Shown here one piece after another: positions 38,044 to 51,254 of a stretch of 64,000 bases of DNA. The notes under the pieces were generated by a model that was given only the letters and a program-made list of their open reading frames with translations, was not told the DNA's origin and searched no databases. The stretch is from Escherichia coli (GTDB taxonomy: Bacteria > Pseudomonadota > Gammaproteobacteria > Enterobacterales > Enterobacteriaceae): the NCBI RefSeq assembly GCF_011045215.1, contig NZ_CP049201.1. One strand, given 5' to 3'. The translations under genes and the position numbers were made by a program. How positions within the stretch are numbered: position 1 is the first letter of the stretch; every line of letters starts with the position of its first letter.

Positions 38044-38790
38044 ATGGAACAAGCGCATACCCAGCTGATTGCCCAACTGAACGAGCGTATTTTAGCGGCG
38101 GATAACACGCCGCTTTATATTAAGTTTGCCGAAACGGTAAAAAATGCCGTGCGCAGCGGGGTGCTGGAGCATGGCAATATTTTGCCCGGTGAGCGTGATT
38201 TAAGTCAGTTAACCGGCGTTTCACGCATTACGGTGCGCAAGGCGATGCAGGCGCTGGAAGAAGAGGGGGTGGTGACGCGTTCGCGTGGTTACGGCACGCA
38301 GATCAACAACATCTTCGAATACTCGTTGAAAGAAGCGCGAGGTTTTTCTCAGCAGGTGGTATTGCGCGGGAAAAAGCCCGATACGCTATGGGTTAACAAG
38401 CGTGTCGTGAAATGTCCCGAAGAAGTCGCGCAGCAGCTGGCGGTCGAAGCGGGAAGTGATGTCTTTTTGCTTAAGCGTATTCGCTATGTCGATGAAGAAG
38501 CGGTATCGATTGAGGAATCGTGGGTTCCGGCGCATTTAATTCATGATGTTGATGCCATCGGAATTTCTCTTTATGACTATTTCCGCAGCCAGCACATTTA
38601 CCCACAACGTACACGTTCCCGCGTTAGCGCCCGGATGCCAGATGCCGAGTTTCAGTCACATATTCAGTTAGATAGCAAAATACCGGTGCTGGTGATCAAG
38701 CAAGTGGCGCTTGACCAACAGCAACGGCCTATTGAATACAGCATTAGCCACTGTCGCAGCGATCTATACGTTTTTGTGTGCGAGGAGTAG
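38044..38790 (+). CDS. yegW: GntR-family transcriptional regulator
   Basis: 248 aa; GntR HTH (LPGERDLSQLTGVSRITVRKAMQALEEEGVV) plus UTRA-like C-domain. Confidence 0.85.
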   Translation: MEQAHTQLIAQLNERILAADNTPLYIKFAETVKNAVRSGVLEHGNILPGERDLSQLTGVSRITVRKAMQALEEEGVVTRSRGYGTQINNIFEYSLKEARGFSQQVVLRGKKPDTLWVNKRVVKCPEEVAQQLAVEAGSDVFLLKRIRYVDEEAVSIEESWVPAHLIHDVDAIGISLYDYFRSQHIYPQRTRSRVSARMPDAEFQSHIQLDSKIPVLVIKQVALDQQQRPIEYSISHCRSDLYVFVCEE

Positions 38791-39729
38791 TTCCTCGCGC
38801 GTTGGCGCACAATCACCGCCCCGATGCCCGACAACCCACGACGCCACTGCATTGCCCAGTAATACGGCATCCGCCAGTGGCAGACCAGAGGCCAGCCCGG
38901 CAAGTACGCCACCGGCATGACTGTCGCCCGCCCCAATGGTGTCGACAACTTGCGTTGGAAATGCCGGAATGCAGGCAGAAGCGTCGTTGCTGAAATACCA
39001 TGCGCCTTCTTTATCGAGACGAACGATCAACGGCGCGGCAAATTTCTCCTGCCATTGTTTGCCAAGTGTTGTTATCTCTGCGGATAAAGCAAAACGTTCG
39101 GCGGCAATCTCAGCCTCTTGACGATTGAGCGACACTAAAGGGCGACAGGCCATGATCCGCGCCAGTAATGCGTCCGGGATATCGCCAATACGTGGGCCAA
39201 AATCGATAAACGGCGTCACGTCTTGCAGCTCTTCCAGCCATTCCACTAACAATTCGCCGCAGGGCGAGGCCAGTTGATAACCGGAAAAATAGAGCAGGCT
39301 GCCAGGCGCAACGGTTAATCGCGCCAGCCACTGGCGATTCCACTGATTTTCCACACCGCTGAATGACATAAAAGTGCGTTCGCCATCCGGCTCAACCAGC
39401 GCCAGGCACCAGCCGTTATCACCTTTGGCGTTATCGATCAGGCTGATTAACCCCTCTTTTGCCATCCGGTTGCGAATAATCTCCGCCCATACCCCCTGAC
39501 CGAGCGGCAAGGCATTACCCGCTTCGATGCCGAGGCGCTTTAACGCCACGGCAATATTCAGTGCGCAGCCGCCAACGTTAACGCTCTGCTGTTTCAGTTC
39601 GATATCGCACCCACGCCAGGGGAGGGCATAAGCGTCGGCGATCACGTCAATGACCGCCGCGCCGACGACCATCACCGGCTGACGCGTGGTTAATTCAGGC
39701 AGCAGCGTGTGTAATCGAGCGCCGCTCAT
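38764..39729 (-). CDS. yegV: PfkB-family sugar/nucleoside kinase
   Basis: 321 aa; ribokinase-like GG and DTIGAGD motifs; convergent with yegW, 3' ends overlapping 27 bp. Confidence 0.85.
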   Translation of the reverse strand: MSGARLHTLLPELTTRQPVMVVGAAVIDVIADAYALPWRGCDIELKQQSVNVGGCALNIAVALKRLGIEAGNALPLGQGVWAEIIRNRMAKEGLISLIDNAKGDNGWCLALVEPDGERTFMSFSGVENQWNRQWLARLTVAPGSLLYFSGYQLASPCGELLVEWLEELQDVTPFIDFGPRIGDIPDALLARIMACRPLVSLNRQEAEIAAERFALSAEITTLGKQWQEKFAAPLIVRLDKEGAWYFSNDASACIPAFPTQVVDTIGAGDSHAGGVLAGLASGLPLADAVLLGNAVASWVVGHRGGDCAPTREELLLAHKNV

Positions 39730-40730
39730 ACCGCCTCCCGTTGTTGACGATATTTCGCCAGCGCTGTGGCATAGCGGTTGAAATCAAGCTGATTTACCGC
39801 ATCCAGCTCCGCCTTTAACGCAGGATCGATAGCGTTAATGCCATGCAACGCGCCGCAGATTGCCGTCGCCATAGCACCGATGGTGTCTGTATCGCCGCCA
39901 AGGTTAGCGCACAGGACGGCGCAGCGATTCGGGTCGGTTTGTGCCAGTTCAACCAGCGCAATGGCGCACGGAACGGACTCAATAGTGCTGGTACCTGCGC
40001 CAACGACCTGGTAAAGCTGTTCGCTGGCGGATTCGGTGCCGTCGGCATTGCGCACAATTTTCAGCGCAATCTCCAGACGTGCTGCCAGTGAGGCGCTGAA
40101 GGTAGTGATGCGTTTTTGCTGTGCATGTCGCGCAATTGAAGGCAGTGAATCAACAATCGCTGACCAGCTTTCTCCGTCAATGGCACGGGAAATCGCCCAT
40201 GCGATGACTACCGCACCTGCAACCGCCAGATCGGATTTATGGGTCGGGCTGGACGCCAGCGCCACATCATCAATAAAGGAATCAACATCACGCGCCGGAA
40301 GCAAACAACCTAATGGCGAGACGCGCATCGCTGCGCCGTTGGTCACGCCGTTGTTTTCCAGTTCAGCAACGGGTTTACCGTCGCGAATGGCGTTGAGAGC
40401 AATCTTCGAGGTCGGACCTAGTACGTTTTTGTTAAAGGCGTCGAAACGCAGCGCCCAGTCGAGAATATTACGCCCAATCAGATCCGGATCGATCTTGCCT
40501 TCACGTTCCAGTAACGCATCCGCCAGACACAGCGCCATCGAGGTATCGTCGGTGAATTCGGCGCGGTTAAAATAACAGGCCGCGTTATTCTCCTTTGGTC
40601 CAGGCAGAAAACGGTCAATCCAGCCAAAGTGTGCTTTAACGCGGCTGCGTGGCCAAAGCTCGGAGGGCATCCCCATCGCATCCCCTAACGCCTGCCCATA
40701 AAGAGCACCGAGAATACGTTCTGTTTTCAT
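39726..40730 (-). CDS. yegU: ADP-ribosylglycohydrolase-family protein
   Basis: 334 aa; family fold recognised; 4-nt overlap with yegV. Confidence 0.85.
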   Translation of the reverse strand: MKTERILGALYGQALGDAMGMPSELWPRSRVKAHFGWIDRFLPGPKENNAACYFNRAEFTDDTSMALCLADALLEREGKIDPDLIGRNILDWALRFDAFNKNVLGPTSKIALNAIRDGKPVAELENNGVTNGAAMRVSPLGCLLPARDVDSFIDDVALASSPTHKSDLAVAGAVVIAWAISRAIDGESWSAIVDSLPSIARHAQQKRITTFSASLAARLEIALKIVRNADGTESASEQLYQVVGAGTSTIESVPCAIALVELAQTDPNRCAVLCANLGGDTDTIGAMATAICGALHGINAIDPALKAELDAVNQLDFNRYATALAKYRQQREAV

Positions 40731-42004
40731 TTAACTTCCCCTTGTGTCAACGCAATATCGCGATCATCGACCTTGATAGCCGTAATTTCGTTGTCGGATT
40801 CGCGGAAAAAAATCATGAACAGCACGGCGATAATGGCAATCATCACCGCGCCAAAAGTCCACATCCCGGACCAGTTGAAAGTCAGTCCGTTTACCGGTTC
40901 CTGATAAGCGAACATCTTTTCCATCATCACACCGCCAAGACGATAGCCGAGCAAACTGCCGAAGCCCTGGCAGCAGAGCGTGATCAGCCCCTGCGCGGCG
41001 GTACGCATATGCACGGGGGCTTTTTTATCGACATAGATGTAAGCGGTAACGTAGTAAAAATCGTAACTTACGCCGTGAAGCAAAATACCGAGGAACAGTA
41101 ACGCGTAGGTGAAATATTCATCCGCACTACCGTAAATAAAGAAGCCATAGCGGATCGCAGCGGTGATCAGACCAAGCAATAATACCTTTTTGATACCAAA
41201 GCGTTTAGTGAAAAACGGCAATGCCAGCATAAAGAAGATTTCAGAGAACTGGCCGAGCGTCATCCAGCCGGTGGCGTTTTTCATGCCAACTTCGGTCAGA
41301 TAACCGTTGGCAAAGATGTAATAGAACGCCAGTGGCATCGCAAACAGGAATGAACAGAAGAAAAAGACGAGGAAGTTTTTATCGCGCAGCAGGATCAGCG
41401 CATCCAGGCCGAGCATGACTTTAATGTCCATTTTGCCGGTGCTTTTTGGTGGCGTGTCGGGCAGGAAAAACGCAAACACACCGAGCAGAGCAGAACTTCC
41501 GGCGGTAATCAGCAGCGGGATGTTAGTCGGTGAGATATCGGCATACCCCAGCATTTGCGGCAAGAAACCACATGCCAGACCGGAGGCAATCCAGCCGATA
41601 GTGCCCATCACACGAATGCGCGGGAAATCACGCTCAACATCCGGCACGTTGGCAAAAGCGATGCTGTTAGTCAGCGCAATGGTCGGCATATAGGTTAGCG
41701 AGTAGGCCAGCAGTAACGGGAAGAACCCGGCAAAAGTGGTCTGTTGCGCAGCGAAATACATCAGCGCCGCACCAGTGAACATCAATACCGCCAGCACTTT
41801 CTGCGCCGAGAAAAAGCGGTCAGTGATGGAGCCAACCAGAATTGGCGACAGGATCGCCGCAATGGCTGTGCAGGCATACGACCAGCCAATTTCTCCGGCA
41901 CTAAAACCGCTTTTACTTAACCACAACCACAATGGCACAAACCACGCGCCCCAGATAAACCATTCAACAAACATCATGAACGACAGCTTTGCTGTTGTTT
42001 TCAT
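40727..42004 (-). CDS. yegT: MFS nucleoside transporter (NupG/XapB-like)
   Basis: 425 aa 12-TM protein; heads the yegTUV operon. Confidence 0.85.
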   Translation of the reverse strand: MKTTAKLSFMMFVEWFIWGAWFVPLWLWLSKSGFSAGEIGWSYACTAIAAILSPILVGSITDRFFSAQKVLAVLMFTGAALMYFAAQQTTFAGFFPLLLAYSLTYMPTIALTNSIAFANVPDVERDFPRIRVMGTIGWIASGLACGFLPQMLGYADISPTNIPLLITAGSSALLGVFAFFLPDTPPKSTGKMDIKVMLGLDALILLRDKNFLVFFFCSFLFAMPLAFYYIFANGYLTEVGMKNATGWMTLGQFSEIFFMLALPFFTKRFGIKKVLLLGLITAAIRYGFFIYGSADEYFTYALLFLGILLHGVSYDFYYVTAYIYVDKKAPVHMRTAAQGLITLCCQGFGSLLGYRLGGVMMEKMFAYQEPVNGLTFNWSGMWTFGAVMIAIIAVLFMIFFRESDNEITAIKVDDRDIALTQGEVK

Positions 42005-42260
42005 CTTTTAATTCCTTCATGACAGGTAATGTAAGGTACGCGATGACAATACCACTTAATAATACCTTTTAAATACCTTTGCGGTGAAAACTTGACCGCG
42101 CTAACATTTTTTCTGATGAATCGAGCCAACAGAAAACGCTGAAAAAACATCCAAAAGATGGAAAAACTCGCCCGTAACGACCAGGATTATGATTGCCCGC
42201 AAAAGGCGGGCCAGGACAATCCATAGCCGATATCCAATCGGAATTTACGGGAGCATAGTA

Positions 42261-43313
42261 ATGACAGATATTGCGCAGTTGCTTGGCAAAGACGCCGACA
42301 ACCTTTTACAGCACCGTTGTATGACTATTCCTTCTGACCAGCTTTATCTTCCCGGACATGACTACGTAGACCGCGTGATGATTGACAATAATCGCCCGCC
42401 AGCGGTGTTACGTAATATGCAGACGTTGTACAACACCGGGCGTCTGGCTGGCACAGGATATCTTTCTATTCTGCCCGTTGACCAGGGCGTTGAGCACTCT
42501 GCCGGAGCTTCATTTGCTGCTAACCCGCTCTACTTTGACCCGAAAAACATTGTTGAACTGGCGATCGAAGCGGGCTGTAACTGTGTGGCATCAACTTACG
42601 GCGTGCTGGCGTCGGTATCGCGGCGTTATGCGCATCGCATTCCATTCCTCGTCAAACTTAATCACAACGAGACGCTAAGTTACCCGAACACCTACGATCA
42701 AACGCTGTATGCCAGCGTGGAGCAGGCGTTCAACATGGGTGCGGTGGCGGTTGGTGCGACTATCTATTTTGGCTCGGAAGAGTCACGTCGCCAGATTGAA
42801 GAAATTTCTGCGGCTTTTGAACGTGCGCACAAGCTGGGCATGGTGACAGTGCTGTGGGCCTATTTGCGTAACTCCGCCTTTAAGAAAGATGGCGTTGATT
42901 ACCATGTCTCCGCCGACCTGACTGGTCAGGCGAACCATCTGGCGGCAACCATAGGTGCAGATATCGTCAAACAAAAAATGGCGGAAAATAACGGCGGCTA
43001 TAAAGCAATTAATTACGGTTATACCGACGATCGCGTGTACAGCAAGTTAACCAGCGAAAACCCGATTGATCTGGTGCGTTATCAGTTAGCTAACTGCTAT
43101 ATGGGCCGGGCCGGGTTGATAAACTCCGGTGGTGCTGCAGGCGGTGAAACTGACCTCAGTGATGCAGTGCGTACTGCGGTTATCAACAAACGCGCTGGCG
43201 GAATGGGGCTGATTCTTGGACGTAAGGCGTTCAAGAAATCGATGGCTGACGGCGTGAAACTGATTAACGCCGTGCAGGACGTTTATCTCGATAGCAAAAT
43301 TACTATCGCCTGA
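42261..43313 (+). CDS. fbaB: class I fructose-bisphosphate aldolase
   Basis: 350 aa from [27 protein letters not shown]; ORF track starts 24 codons upstream. Confidence 0.9.
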   Translation: MTDIAQLLGKDADNLLQHRCMTIPSDQLYLPGHDYVDRVMIDNNRPPAVLRNMQTLYNTGRLAGTGYLSILPVDQGVEHSAGASFAANPLYFDPKNIVELAIEAGCNCVASTYGVLASVSRRYAHRIPFLVKLNHNETLSYPNTYDQTLYASVEQAFNMGAVAVGATIYFGSEESRRQIEEISAAFERAHKLGMVTVLWAYLRNSAFKKDGVDYHVSADLTGQANHLAATIGADIVKQKMAENNGGYKAINYGYTDDRVYSKLTSENPIDLVRYQLANCYMGRAGLINSGGAAGGETDLSDAVRTAVINKRAGGMGLILGRKAFKKSMADGVKLINAVQDVYLDSKITIA

Positions 43314-43337
43314 TACGCCTCATACTAACAGCACTAC

Positions 43338-43460
43338 CCCGTAGGACGGATAAGCCGTTTACGTCGCATCCGGCAACCTATGCCTGATGCGACGCTGACG
43401 CGTCTTATCATGCCTACACAGCGCTGCCACGTATGTTTACGCCGCATCCTGCATAAAACC
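43338..43460. repeat. BIME: cluster of REP palindromic units between fbaB and gatY
   Basis: Recognisable REP units gtaggacggataagccgtttacgtcgcatccggcaa and gcctgatgcgacgctgacgcgtcttatcatgcctaca plus a partial third. Confidence 0.7.
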
Positions 43461-43475
43461 ACGCGCACTTTGTTG

Positions 43476-43504
43476 CGGCTTCCCTCCGGGAGGCCGTTTT
43501 TTTT
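43476..43504 (+). terminator. rho-independent terminator of fbaB
   Basis: Stem cggcttccc / gggaggccg followed by tttttttt. Confidence 0.6.
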
Positions 43505-43566
43505 GCCTTTCACTCCTCGAACAATTTTCACATTGTCGTTTTTGTGATCGTTATCTCGACATTTAA

Positions 43567-44502
<936 letters not shown>

Positions 44503-44503
44503 T

Positions 44504-45766
<1,263 letters not shown>

Positions 45767-45775
45767 GGACGGTAT

Positions 45776-46228
45776 ATGACTAACCTGTTTGTTCGTAGCG
45801 GAATTTCTTTTGTCGATCGTAGCGAAGTTTTAACCCATATCGGTAATGAGATGCTCGCGAAAGGTGTGGTTCATGATACCTGGCCACAGGCATTAATTGC
45901 CAGAGAAGCAGAATTCCCTACCGGGATAATGCTTGAGCAGCACGCCATTGCAATACCGCATTGTGAGGCGATTCATGCTAAGTCGTCAGCCATTTATCTG
46001 TTAAGGCCAACAAATAAAGTTCATTTTCAGCAAGCGGATGATGATAACGACGTGGCGGTATCGTTGGTTATTGCGTTGATTGTGGAAAATCCGCAGCAGC
46101 AATTGAAACTTTTACGCTGTTTATTTGGCAAGTTACAACAGCCCGATATCGTTGAGACACTAATCACTCTTCCTGAAACTCAGTTAAAGGAATACTTCAC
46201 AAAGTATGTTTTAGATTCAGACGAATAA
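45776..46228 (+). CDS. gatA: galactitol PTS enzyme IIA
   Basis: 150 aa. Confidence 0.9.
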   Translation: MTNLFVRSGISFVDRSEVLTHIGNEMLAKGVVHDTWPQALIAREAEFPTGIMLEQHAIAIPHCEAIHAKSSAIYLLRPTNKVHFQQADDDNDVAVSLVIALIVENPQQQLKLLRCLFGKLQQPDIVETLITLPETQLKEYFTKYVLDSDE

Positions 46229-46258
46229 ATCCCTCTGTAACAATAAAAAGGACTATTT

Positions 46259-46543
46259 ATGAAACGCAAGATTATTGTCGCTTGCGGAGGCGCGGTTGCG
46301 ACCTCTACGATGGCGGCGGAAGAAATTAAAGAGTTGTGTCAGAGTCATAATATTCCTGTTGAATTAATCCAGTGTCGGGTTAATGAAATAGAAACCTATA
46401 TGGATGGCGTGCATTTGATATGCACCACTGCCAAAGTGGATCGTAGTTTTGGCGATATTCCATTAGTTCACGGCATGCCTTTTGTTTCTGGTGTCGGTAT
46501 CGAAGCATTACAAAATAAAATTCTGACTATCTTACAGGGGTGA
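46259..46543 (+). CDS. gatB: galactitol PTS enzyme IIB
   Basis: 94 aa; active-site Cys in [11 protein letters not shown]. Confidence 0.9.
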   Translation: MKRKIIVACGGAVATSTMAAEEIKELCQSHNIPVELIQCRVNEIETYMDGVHLICTTAKVDRSFGDIPLVHGMPFVSGVGIEALQNKILTILQG

Positions 46544-46546
46544 CCT

Positions 46547-47902
46547 ATGTTTTCAGAAGTCATGCGTTATATTCTCGATCTCGGCCCTACGGTGATGTTG
46601 CCGATTGTCATCATTATTTTTTCTAAAATATTAGGCATGAAGGCAGGCGATTGCTTTAAAGCGGGTCTGCATATCGGGATTGGCTTTGTTGGCATTGGCC
46701 TTGTGATTGGCTTAATGCTGGATTCCATTGGCCCGGCGGCGAAAGCGATGGCGGAAAATTTCGACCTGAATCTGCATGTGGTCGATGTCGGCTGGCCGGG
46801 CTCTTCACCAATGACCTGGGCGTCGCAAATTGCGCTGGTGGCGATTCCGATTGCGATTCTGGTTAACGTGGCGATGTTACTGACCCGTATGACGCGGGTG
46901 GTAAATGTTGATATCTGGAATATCTGGCATATGACCTTCACCGGCGCGTTGCTGCATCTGGCAACCGGTTCATGGATGATAGGGATGGCGGGTGTGGTAA
47001 TTCACGCGGCGTTTGTTTATAAGCTCGGCGACTGGTTTGCCCGCGATACCCGAAATTTCTTTGAGCTGGAAGGCATGGCAATCCCGCACGGTACGTCGGC
47101 GTATATGGGGCCAATTGCGGTGCTGGTCGATGCTATCATCGAGAAAATCCCAGGCGTTAACCGAATTAAATTTAGCGCCGACGATATTCAGCGCAAATTT
47201 GGTCCGTTTGGCGAGCCTGTCACCGTGGGTTTTGTGATGGGGCTGATTATCGGCATCCTCGCGGGTTACGATGTCAAAGGTGTATTGCAGCTGGCGGTAA
47301 AAACAGCGGCGGTGATGCTGCTGATGCCACGGGTGATTAAACCCATCATGGATGGTTTAACGCCCATCGCTAAGCAGGCCCGTAGTCGTTTACAGGCGAA
47401 GTTCGGCGGTCAGGAGTTCCTGATTGGCCTGGATCCCGCATTACTGCTGGGGCATACGGCGGTGGTATCGGCAAGCCTGATTTTTATTCCACTCACCATT
47501 TTAATTGCTGTTTGTGTGCCGGGTAATCAGGTGCTGCCGTTTGGCGATCTTGCCACTATCGGCTTCTTTGTGGCGATGGCGGTCGCGGTGCATCGTGGAA
47601 ATCTGTTCCGCACCTTAATCTCGGGTGTCATCATTATGAGCATCACCCTGTGGATCGCGACGCAAACTATTGGTTTGCACACCCAACTGGCGGCTAATGC
47701 TGGGGCGTTAAAAGCCGGAGGTATGGTGGCTTCAATGGATCAGGGCGGTTCTCCCATTACCTGGTTACTGATTCAGGTTTTCTCCCCGCAAAATATTCCC
47801 GGTTTCATTATTATCGGCGCAATTTATCTTACCGGTATTTTCATGACTTGGCGTAGAGCGCGTGGTTTTATTAAACAAGAGAAAGCCGTTCTCGCAGAAT
47901 AA
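46547..47902 (+). CDS. gatC: galactitol PTS enzyme IIC permease
   Basis: 451 aa polytopic membrane protein. Confidence 0.9.
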   Translation: MFSEVMRYILDLGPTVMLPIVIIIFSKILGMKAGDCFKAGLHIGIGFVGIGLVIGLMLDSIGPAAKAMAENFDLNLHVVDVGWPGSSPMTWASQIALVAIPIAILVNVAMLLTRMTRVVNVDIWNIWHMTFTGALLHLATGSWMIGMAGVVIHAAFVYKLGDWFARDTRNFFELEGMAIPHGTSAYMGPIAVLVDAIIEKIPGVNRIKFSADDIQRKFGPFGEPVTVGFVMGLIIGILAGYDVKGVLQLAVKTAAVMLLMPRVIKPIMDGLTPIAKQARSRLQAKFGGQEFLIGLDPALLLGHTAVVSASLIFIPLTILIAVCVPGNQVLPFGDLATIGFFVAMAVAVHRGNLFRTLISGVIIMSITLWIATQTIGLHTQLAANAGALKAGGMVASMDQGGSPITWLLIQVFSPQNIPGFIIIGAIYLTGIFMTWRRARGFIKQEKAVLAE

Positions 47903-47949
47903 TTTTTACCTGAGGGGGAGGTTATCCCCCTTAACAATCAGGAGTTTTT

Positions 47950-48990
47950 ATGAAATCAGTGGTGAATGATACTGATGGTATCGTGCGCGTTGCAGAAAGC
48001 GTCATTCCTGAAATTAAACATCAGGATGAGGTGCGGGTAAAAATTGCCAGCTCGGGCTTATGTGGTTCCGATTTACCCAGGATATTTAAAAATGGTGCAC
48101 ATTATTATCCAATAACGTTAGGCCATGAATTTAGCGGCTATATTGATGCGGTAGGATCCGGTGTTGATGATTTACACCCTGGCGATGCGGTTGCCTGTGT
48201 GCCGTTATTACCCTGTTTTACTTGTCCAGAGTGTCTGAAAGGGTTTTATTCCCAGTGCGCAAAATATGATTTTATTGGCTCACGGCGTGATGGTGGATTT
48301 GCCGAATATATTGTCGTTAAGCGGAAAAATGTCTTTGCTCTACCCACGGATATGCCTATTGAGGATGGGGCTTTTATTGAACCGATTACCGTTGGCCTGC
48401 ATGCTTTTCATTTAGCGCAAGGTTGTGAGAATAAAAACGTTATTATTATTGGTGCCGGAACCATTGGCCTGCTGGCTATTCAGTGCGCTGTCGCGCTGGG
48501 AGCAAAGAGTGTGACGGCGATCGACATTAGCTCAGAAAAACTGGCACTGGCAAAATCTTTCGGTGCGATGCAAACATTTAACAGTAGCGAAATGAGCGCG
48601 CCGCAAATGCAGAGCGTTTTACGCGAACTGCGCTTTAATCAGCTTATCCTCGAGACGGCTGGCGTACCGCAAACTGTCGAACTGGCGGTAGAGATTGCCG
48701 GTCCTCATGCCCAACTGGCGCTGGTGGGGACGTTGCATCAGGATCTGCATTTAACATCGGCAACGTTTGGCAAAATATTGCGTAAAGAGCTGACGGTTAT
48801 CGGCAGTTGGATGAACTACTCCAGCCCTTGGCCGGGGCAGGAGTGGGAAACGGCGAGCCGGTTGCTGACAGAACGTAAGTTAAGCCTGGAGCCATTAATC
48901 GCTCACCGTGGAAGCTTTGAATGCTTCGCCCAGGCGGTGCGTGACATCGCTCGTAATGCTATGCCGGGCAAAGTGTTGCTCATTCCCTGA
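47950..48990 (+). CDS. gatD: galactitol-1-phosphate 5-dehydrogenase (Zn-dependent MDR family)
   Basis: 346 aa; catalytic Zn ligands and structural Cys cluster (CFTCPECLKGFYSQC); Rossmann GAGTIG. Confidence 0.9.
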   Translation: MKSVVNDTDGIVRVAESVIPEIKHQDEVRVKIASSGLCGSDLPRIFKNGAHYYPITLGHEFSGYIDAVGSGVDDLHPGDAVACVPLLPCFTCPECLKGFYSQCAKYDFIGSRRDGGFAEYIVVKRKNVFALPTDMPIEDGAFIEPITVGLHAFHLAQGCENKNVIIIGAGTIGLLAIQCAVALGAKSVTAIDISSEKLALAKSFGAMQTFNSSEMSAPQMQSVLRELRFNQLILETAGVPQTVELAVEIAGPHAQLALVGTLHQDLHLTSATFGKILRKELTVIGSWMNYSSPWPGQEWETASRLLTERKLSLEPLIAHRGSFECFAQAVRDIARNAMPGKVLLIP

Positions 48991-48995
48991 AACCG

Positions 48996-49018
48996 CGGGC
49001 CAGCGTGATGCTGGCCCG
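48996..49018 (+). terminator. hairpin after gatD (cgggccagc gtgat gctggcccg); weak T-tract
   Basis: 9-bp perfect stem seen in sequence; no strong U-run. Confidence 0.3.
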
Positions 49019-49095
49019 GTATTGTGCAAAACAGATCATTCACCAATGGTCCCCCTTCGTTTACACTAGCCACAATTGAATATGGGTAAATGACG

Positions 49096-49869
49096 ATGAA
49101 TTCATTCGAGCGAAGGAATAAGATCATCCAATTAGTGAATGAACAGGGAACCGTGCTTGTTCAGGATCTGGCGGGAGTATTTGCTGCCTCGGAAGCGACA
49201 ATCCGTGCCGATTTGCGCTTTCTCGAACAAAAAGGCGTGGTTACGCGCTTTCATGGCGGTGCGGCGAAAATAATGTCCGGTAATAGTGAAACCGAGACCC
49301 AGGAAGTCGGGTTTAAAGAGCGATTTCAGCTCGCCAGCGCGCCAAAAAACAGAATAGCGCAGGCGGCAGTCAAAATGATCCACGAAGGGATGACCGTTAT
49401 TCTCGACAGCGGAAGTACGACAATGCTTATCGCCGAAGGATTAATGACCGCCAAAAATATCACGGTGATTACCAACAGTCTCCCGGCAGCGTTTGCCCTT
49501 TCCGAAAATAAAGACATTACTCTGGTCGTCTGCGGTGGCACGGTCCGCCATAAAACGCGCTCGATGCATGGTTCCATTGCCGAGCGTTCATTGCAGGATA
49601 TTAATGCCGATTTAATGTTTGTCGGTGCTGATGGTATTGATGCGGTTAATGGTATTACGACCTTTAATGAAGGTTATTCGATTAGCGGGGCGATGGTCAC
49701 CGCCGCAAATAAAGTGATTGCCGTTCTCGATTCATCGAAATTTAATCGTCGCGGTTTTAATCAGGTACTGCCAATCGAAAAAATTGACATTATTATTACC
49801 GATGATGCTGTGTCAGAGGTGGATAAACTGGCATTGCAGAAGACACGGGTAAAATTAATTACGGTGTAG
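49096..49869 (+). CDS. gatR: DeoR-family repressor of the gat operon, intact
   Basis: 257 aa from MNSFERRNKIIQLVNEQGTVLV (DeoR HTH) with sugar-binding C-domain; uninterrupted reading frame. Confidence 0.85.
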   Translation: MNSFERRNKIIQLVNEQGTVLVQDLAGVFAASEATIRADLRFLEQKGVVTRFHGGAAKIMSGNSETETQEVGFKERFQLASAPKNRIAQAAVKMIHEGMTVILDSGSTTMLIAEGLMTAKNITVITNSLPAAFALSENKDITLVVCGGTVRHKTRSMHGSIAERSLQDINADLMFVGADGIDAVNGITTFNEGYSISGAMVTAANKVIAVLDSSKFNRRGFNQVLPIEKIDIIITDDAVSEVDKLALQKTRVKLITV

Positions 49870-49880
49870 TATTGTTCTGT

Positions 49881-49914
49881 ATGCCGGATAAGGTGTTTAC
49901 ACCGCATCCGGCAT
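49881..49914. repeat. REP palindromic unit between gatR and yegS
   Basis: atgccggataaggtgtttacaccgcatccggcat. Confidence 0.6.
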
Positions 49915-49950
49915 TACGGATTCTCTCTGGTTCAAGAGAGAATAGTTTGA

Positions 49951-50850
49951 TTAACGCAATAATGGGCAATCTGGTGGTAATCGACAACGCAACGCCGCCG
50001 GAAGTATTTCAATATGAAAGTTTTGCCCACTCAACGGTTCGCCATCAAGATTAAAAGTGATTTCGTGTGGGGCTTGTATATCAAACCACGACGAAGCGCC
50101 TTCGATAATATTCGGGTTATCTTCGTCAGATTTTAAGGTTGATACGAGAGCTGGAAGAATTTCATCGCCGGTAAAAATGCGCAGTTGCAGCAAGCCATCG
50201 TTAATTAACGCGTTCGGACACAATTGCTGACCGCCACCGGCCTGACGCCCGTTACCAATACCAATGACCAGGGCGTCACCTTGCCAGTGAAAGTTTTCAC
50301 CGCGGATTTCACAACGGTCCGGTTGCAGAGTATCCATGCGCATTAAGCCATGAATGATGTAAGAGACGCCACCCAGCGCGGCTTTTAATTTTTCCGGCGT
50401 TTCTGTGGTAATACGCGTCCCAAACCCGCCTGTCGCCATATTAATAAAACAGGTTTGTTTGTTGACCTGCGCCATATCTATCGCAATGGCGTTACCGGCA
50501 ATTGCCAGTTTCAGCGCCTTATCCAGTGCCTCAGGAATCCCTACACTGGTGGCAAAATCATTGGCGGTTCCTAATGGCAAAATTCCCAGCGCGGGTATGT
50601 TATCCCCCTCACACTGAATCAACGCCGTAGAAACTTCATTAATGGTGCCATCGCCACCACCGGCAATCACCGTTGCGACGCCCAACTTCCGAGCCTCCTC
50701 TACATATCGTGCGGCATCGCCTTTCTCCCAGGTGACCCGCACATGGATCGTCATTCCTTCCTCACGCAACAGCATAATTGCTTCGCGCAATGGTAAATTG
50801 TCAGTACTTTTGCCATTAAGAATCAGTAAGCTGGCGGGAAATTCTGCCAT
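49951..50850 (-). CDS. yegS: DAG-kinase-like lipid kinase
   Basis: 299 aa ([18 protein letters not shown]...GGGDGT). Confidence 0.9.
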   Translation of the reverse strand: MAEFPASLLILNGKSTDNLPLREAIMLLREEGMTIHVRVTWEKGDAARYVEEARKLGVATVIAGGGDGTINEVSTALIQCEGDNIPALGILPLGTANDFATSVGIPEALDKALKLAIAGNAIAIDMAQVNKQTCFINMATGGFGTRITTETPEKLKAALGGVSYIIHGLMRMDTLQPDRCEIRGENFHWQGDALVIGIGNGRQAGGGQQLCPNALINDGLLQLRIFTGDEILPALVSTLKSDEDNPNIIEGASSWFDIQAPHEITFNLDGEPLSGQNFHIEILPAALRCRLPPDCPLLR

Positions 50851-51254
50851 GATCGTATGTGCCTTTATGATTGGTCTGTAGATAGTGTAGAGCAGAAAAG
50901 AAAAGGTGGAGTCAGAACAGGATGAAAGTCGGAGGATAAAAAGTCAGTTCAAGTATGGAGGATTCAGTGGTTACCACCAGGAGCTTGCAATTGGGACAGC
51001 GAATACTAACGGCAGCCACCGATAAATGTTAAAAAAGAGCATATACCTAATATTCAACTAAACAGTGGCATCTTCAATATAATATATTAAAGCCCCCATG
51101 GAGTTACCCGGAAGGGCCTCCATGTCCGTAATTCCTACTTATGTAGGAAATGTTGTACAGAACATTTATTATAATCCTATTCAATTATAATAATCAGCCA
51201 TTATTATATTTAAACACTAGAGAGTGTCGTTGGTATTTAATGGGGAAAGGTGAG

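Noticed and set aside
40036-40575. 179 aa plus-strand ORF
   Set aside because: Antisense to yegU; Ser/Ala/Arg-rich low-complexity translation.
49916-49945. 8-bp-stem hairpin ttctctct/agagagaa between gatR and yegS
   Set aside because: No adjoining U-tract on either strand; likely part of the REP-associated structure rather than a defined terminator.
50851-51254. 18-codon ORF (MEDSVVTTRSLQLGQRIL) and inverted repeat catggag...ctccatg in the yegS-yegR divergent region
   Set aside because: No convincing RBS for the ORF; the repeat is short with a long spacer; more likely ordinary promoter-region sequence.
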